Shown piece by piece: positions 60,310 to 64,000 of a DNA stretch of 64,000 nucleotides. Every line of letters begins with the position of its first letter. Within the stretch, counting starts at the first letter, position 1. This DNA is from an uncultured Chloroflexia bacterium (GTDB lineage: Bacteria > Chloroflexota > Limnocylindria > Limnocylindrales > CSP1-4). Made by a program: the position numbers and the translations under genes. The notes under the pieces were generated by a model. The model saw nothing but the letters and a program-made list of their open reading frames with translations, was not told the origin of the DNA and searched no databases. The stretch covers positions 342,401 to 406,400 of the forward strand of contig CAVTHS010000003.1 of NCBI GenBank assembly GCA_963734535.1, read 5' to 3'.

Positions 60310-61632
60310 CTACGACTGATAGGCGGCCTCGCCGTGGACCGCGAGATCCAGCCCGCGCTCTTCGTGGGCCGACGAGACGCGGATCCCCAGGATGACGTCG
60401 ACGACCTTGACGATGATGAATGTCGCCACGACGGCATAGCCGACCGTCGCACCGACGGCCAGGAGCTGGATGCCAACCTGGCCGGCGTTGCCGTCGACGA
60501 GGCCCTTGAATGCTTCCTGGACGGCCGACGTCGCGAACACGCCGGTCGCGACCGCACCGAACATCCCGCCGACTCCGTGCACGGCGAAGACATCCAGGGC
60601 GTCGTCCACCGCGGAACGCGCGCGCAGGAGCGTAGCGCTGTAGCACAGACCGCCCGCCACGAGGCCGATGATCAGGGCCCCGCCTGGGGTGACGAAGCCC
60701 GACGCTGGCGTGATCGCGACGAGACCGGCAACCGAGCCGCAGGCCGCGCCGACGACGCTGACCTTGCGGGTGCGGAGGTAGCTGGCGCCGACCCAGGTGA
60801 TCGTGGCGGCTGCGGCCGCGGTGTTCGTCACGACGAATGCGCTCGCGGCCAGGCCGCCGGCGCTCAGCGCCGAGCCGGCGTTGAAGCCGAACCAGCCGAA
60901 CCAGAGCAGACCCGCACCGAGGACCGTCATGGGCACGTCGTGGGGTTCATTGCTGTCGCCGTTCATCGCTCGCTTGCCGATGAGGATGGCGACGATCAGG
61001 GCCGAGACACCGGAGCTGATGTGGACGACCGTGCCGCCGGCGAAGTCGAGCGCGCCGGCCTTGAACAGCCACCCCCCGGCCGACCAGACCCAGTGGGCAA
61101 TCGGCGAGTAGACCAGGATCGACCAGAGGATCGTGAACAGGACGAACGCGCCGAAGCGCTTGCGCTCAGCGAACGCGCCGGTGATGAGGGCCGGCGTGAT
61201 GGCGGCGAACATGAGCTGGAACGCCGCGAAGAGCAGGAACGGGATCGTCACCCCGTAGACCGTGCTCGGGGCGAGCCCGACGTTGTTGAAGCCCACGTAG
61301 TCGAGGCCCCCGATGAGACCCCAGCCGTTCACGTCAGGGCCGAACGCGAGGCTGAACCCGACGAGGACCCAGATCACGCTGACGAGAGCCAGGCCGAAGA
61401 AGCTGTGCATGATCGTCGAGAGGACGTTCTTGCGCCGAACCAGGCCCCCGTAGAAGAGTGCCAGTCCGGGCAGCATGATCATCACGAGCGCGGTCGACGC
61501 AAGCATCCAGGCGGTGTCGCCCGTGTCGATCTTGCCGCCATCCGCGGCTGCCGCCGTCGCGGGGAGAGCCGCCGCGAGGGCCGTCACGAGCCCCACGCCA
61601 CCTGCGAGCCGCCGGACCGATCCTCTCATCAC
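60310..61632 (-). CDS. amtB: Ammonium transporter
   Basis: GDTAWML.STALV..M.PGLALFYGG, FQLMFA, DFAGGTVVH, LWFGWFGFN.GS, DD.LDVF.VHG. Confidence 0.96.
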   Translation of the reverse strand: MMRGSVRRLAGGVGLVTALAAALPATAAAADGGKIDTGDTAWMLASTALVMIMLPGLALFYGGLVRRKNVLSTIMHSFFGLALVSVIWVLVGFSLAFGPDVNGWGLIGGLDYVGFNNVGLAPSTVYGVTIPFLLFAAFQLMFAAITPALITGAFAERKRFGAFVLFTILWSILVYSPIAHWVWSAGGWLFKAGALDFAGGTVVHISSGVSALIVAILIGKRAMNGDSNEPHDVPMTVLGAGLLWFGWFGFNAGSALSAGGLAASAFVVTNTAAAAATITWVGASYLRTRKVSVVGAACGSVAGLVAITPASGFVTPGGALIIGLVAGGLCYSATLLRARSAVDDALDVFAVHGVGGMFGAVATGVFATSAVQEAFKGLVDGNAGQVGIQLLAVGATVGYAVVATFIIVKVVDVILGIRVSSAHEERGLDLAVHGEAAYQS

Positions 61633-61797
61633 GTGCTGCCTCCACTCCCACGACCCGGTTCGGCCCAAGCGGACCGCCGCACTCGGGTCATGTTCGACGG
61701 GGAGGCTCGCTCGATCCAGAACCGGTACGTGCGGCCTGGGTATCTATCCGGGAGCGATTGCGTGCTCGCCGGGTTGCGGGCTGGGCCGTGGGCCTGC

Positions 61798-62730
61798 TCA
61801 GCCGCCCTGCGTGTACCAGTCGAGCACCCGAAGCGCACGGAGCGTGTTCCAGCGGCTGGGCGTGCCCTCGCCATCCTCCATCGGGAAGTGGTCTTCGCCC
61901 GCGTGGACGTTCTGGAGCGGCCACCGGCCGTCGGGATCCCGATTGCCCTCGACGACCCCGATCGCCTCGGCGATGCGCCCGTCGGGCTCGGCCTCGGCGT
62001 CGCGAAGGTACTCGAGTGCGCGCAGCACGTCGTAGTGATACCAGTGCGGGAACGAGAAGCGGAGCCAGCTGGGCTCGATCACCTCGCCGGTCGACTTGCG
62101 GCGGAAGAGGCGGCGTTCCAGCATGTATTCGTCGCCACGGCGGCGTGCCGTCGCAACCTCGGCCGAGCCGCCGGTCGCCCGCTCGTGCTCGAGCAGGCCC
62201 TCGAGGACGTTGATCGTGGTCCCGAACGACGACACCGTGGCACCGTTCTCGACCTCGCAGTTCCAGCCGCCGTCGGGGAGCTGCTCGCCAAGGAGCCGGT
62301 CGACGAGCGGCGCCATGTCCACGCCGAAGTACGCGCCGGTCGCCACGACGTTCCCGTTGATGCACGGCTCGACCTCGCCCTCGAAGAACCGGTTGCCGGC
62401 CCAGGGGCTCTCCCACGGGGAGCCGTCCCCCCACCTGACGTGCTCCCGGACGAGGCCGACGGCCCGCCGGGCGTGCTCGCTCCGGGGGTCGAGCCCGAAC
62501 CGGCGCAGGAGCTCCAGGACGTGGAACGTGTCCGTCCACTCGTGCGACCAGGCCATGCCGCCCCACAGGCCGTCCGGTGCCTGGAGCGCCAGCAGCCGGG
62601 CGCCCCAGCCCTCGGTCGCGATCCTCGACCGCTCGGCGGCGATGACGTCCGCCGCCTCGTGCACCAGGTCGCGCATCACCTGCCAGCGGATCGACGGATC
62701 GGCGTCTAGCAGCCAGTCGACGACGGTCAT
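61798..62730 (-). CDS. Conserved hypothetical, prenyltransferase/squalene-cyclase-like fold
   Basis: WLLD.DPSIRWQV.RDL, EPCING, QL.DGGWNC, F.FP.W.YDVLRAL, SRWNTLRALRV; GGAGGGG RBS. Confidence 0.7.
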   Translation of the reverse strand: MTVVDWLLDADPSIRWQVMRDLVHEAADVIAAERSRIATEGWGARLLALQAPDGLWGGMAWSHEWTDTFHVLELLRRFGLDPRSEHARRAVGLVREHVRWGDGSPWESPWAGNRFFEGEVEPCINGNVVATGAYFGVDMAPLVDRLLGEQLPDGGWNCEVENGATVSSFGTTINVLEGLLEHERATGGSAEVATARRRGDEYMLERRLFRRKSTGEVIEPSWLRFSFPHWYHYDVLRALEYLRDAEAEPDGRIAEAIGVVEGNRDPDGRWPLQNVHAGEDHFPMEDGEGTPSRWNTLRALRVLDWYTQGG

Positions 62731-62769
62731 GTCCCCCTCCCTTGTGCCTGCCGTCTGGGCAACCGCCAC

Positions 62770-62805
62770 AGACTATCTGCCACTTGCGTGGTTGCGCAAG
62801 GCTGC
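62770..62805 (-). promoter_or_regulatory. Promoter/operator matching the one upstream of the OsmC gene
   Basis: TTGCGC-18-TAGTCT on - strand; CTTGCG-N6-CGCAAG. Confidence 0.65.
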
Positions 62806-62888
62806 ATCACCGCGAGGCATCCGCGCCCGGCCGTCCGGCCGGCGCGTGACGGCAGCGTCCAGCCGACCTGTCGGCGACTGGTCGCGGC

Positions 62889-63536
62889 CTACTGGTGCAG
62901 GGTGTCGAGGAGTGGGTCCCGCTCTCTAGCATGGAGGAGCCGGTTCAACGCGAGCTGGACCGGCAGGATCAGGAGCCAGGACTGCTCGACCCCAACTGGA
63001 CCCAGGATCGGGAGGAGCAGGAGGGAGACGAGCATCACCAGCGGTACCGAGAAGCCGCGGAGCGCGGCGAACCGCGCATAGCGGGCGGTCACGTCTGGCC
63101 GCACGAGGCCCGCCCGCCAGGCATACAGCCAGGTCAGCGGCCCAACGAGCCCCGCGGCAGAGAGTGTCATCGCGTAGAAGATGACGGCGACCGCAAGACC
63201 GCCGTGCTCGCCGATGACCGCGGTGGGAAACGGGATGAACGCGACGAGACCGAGCAGGACGAGGTTCAGCGCGACAAGCCGCTCGTTGACCTTGGTCACG
63301 TACCGGTAGCGGCGCCAGTGCCCGAGCCAGTAGAGCCCAATCGTCGCGAAACTGAGCCCGTACGCGAAGATGGACGGGAGGATCTCGCGGATGGCCTCGA
63401 GCACGTGCCCGTCGGTTGTGGGTTCCGGCAGCGGCGGCAGCCGGATCTCGATGATCAGCAACGTGATTGCGATCGCGAACACGGCATCGGAGAAGAACAG
63501 CAGGCGCTCGAAGTCGAGCCCGTGCTCATCGGACAT
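62889..63536 (-). CDS. TMEM175 (DUF1211) family channel
   Basis: ERL.FFSDAVFAIAITLLIIEI, Y.LSF..IG.YW..H, PFPT. Confidence 0.9.
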   Translation of the reverse strand: MSDEHGLDFERLLFFSDAVFAIAITLLIIEIRLPPLPEPTTDGHVLEAIREILPSIFAYGLSFATIGLYWLGHWRRYRYVTKVNERLVALNLVLLGLVAFIPFPTAVIGEHGGLAVAVIFYAMTLSAAGLVGPLTWLYAWRAGLVRPDVTARYARFAALRGFSVPLVMLVSLLLLPILGPVGVEQSWLLILPVQLALNRLLHARERDPLLDTLHQ

Positions 63537-64000
63537 CGCTCGCTCACTCACGTCCGGGGCGGTCTCGCCGTGCACAAGCGGGGGTCGCCGCCGCATTCGA
63601 TGGGTCATGCAGGGAGCACGATCATGAGCGAGGTGTTCACGACGTTAACGGGCTGTCAGCCTTGGGCGCGATGAGAACGGCCCAGACGACGACGAGCGCG
63701 CCCAATGGCCAACAGGAGAGGACGTCGGGGAGGAGCGGCAGTCCCGGTGAGGCTCGGGGAGCGCATTTCGGCAACCTCATGGTGCGTGTCGACGTGGGCG
63801 CTGCGGCCGATCGGTGACGTGGCCGGCGGGAATGGTAGCGACTGACCCGATGCGTTTCCAGACGCAAGTGCGTGGATCGCGCCTACCTCTTCGCGCTCGT
63901 CCGGTCAACTTCCCTGCGCGAACCAGTCGAGCCCGGCCGTCCGGATCCCGATTGCACTCGGTCGCGATCCTCGCCCCCTCCTCGCGCCTTCAGCCCGCCA

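Noticed and set aside
820-62709. Many long antisense or alternate-frame ORFs (e.g. 820-2802, 28444-31560, 60334-62709)
   Set aside because: Expected shadows of high-GC codon usage overlapping well-supported genes; no motifs.

Overview
Very GC-rich bacterial chromosome segment. Gene content and synteny (recA-recX-rny-ymdB-PHP-miaB-miaA-hflX, mutS2, YerC-led his operon) suggest a monoderm lineage, probably a high-GC Chloroflexota (inference). Positions 1-38.4 kb are housekeeping genes, mostly on the + strand: pheT, cvpA, mpg, mutS2, class A PBP, tyrS, tdk, his operon, EF-G2, yebC, ruvCAB, tgt, recA, recX, rny, ymdB, miaB, miaA, hflX, ABC exporter, aldehyde:ferredoxin oxidoreductase and MoaD. 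Positions 38.5-64 kb are accessory DNA around a dif-like Xer site (40056-40083), where the large genes switch to the - strand. This region holds five toxin-antitoxin pairs, a DUF5343-like plus nuclease-like gene pair (best candidate for an undescribed defence system), Mug, an MmeI-like R-M gene, a NERD nuclease, transporters and an EAL protein. Other highlights are a phased 8+8+6 bp operator-like array in the his divergon, a TGT with a queuine-salvage-like pocket, an unannotated 53-aa ORF before recA, and one operator/promoter shared by two distant genes. Single-base frameshifts in hisC, ruvA, PHP/miaB, mug and the MmeI-like gene suggest indel errors in the assembly. All family assignments come from motif recognition by eye; no searches were run.
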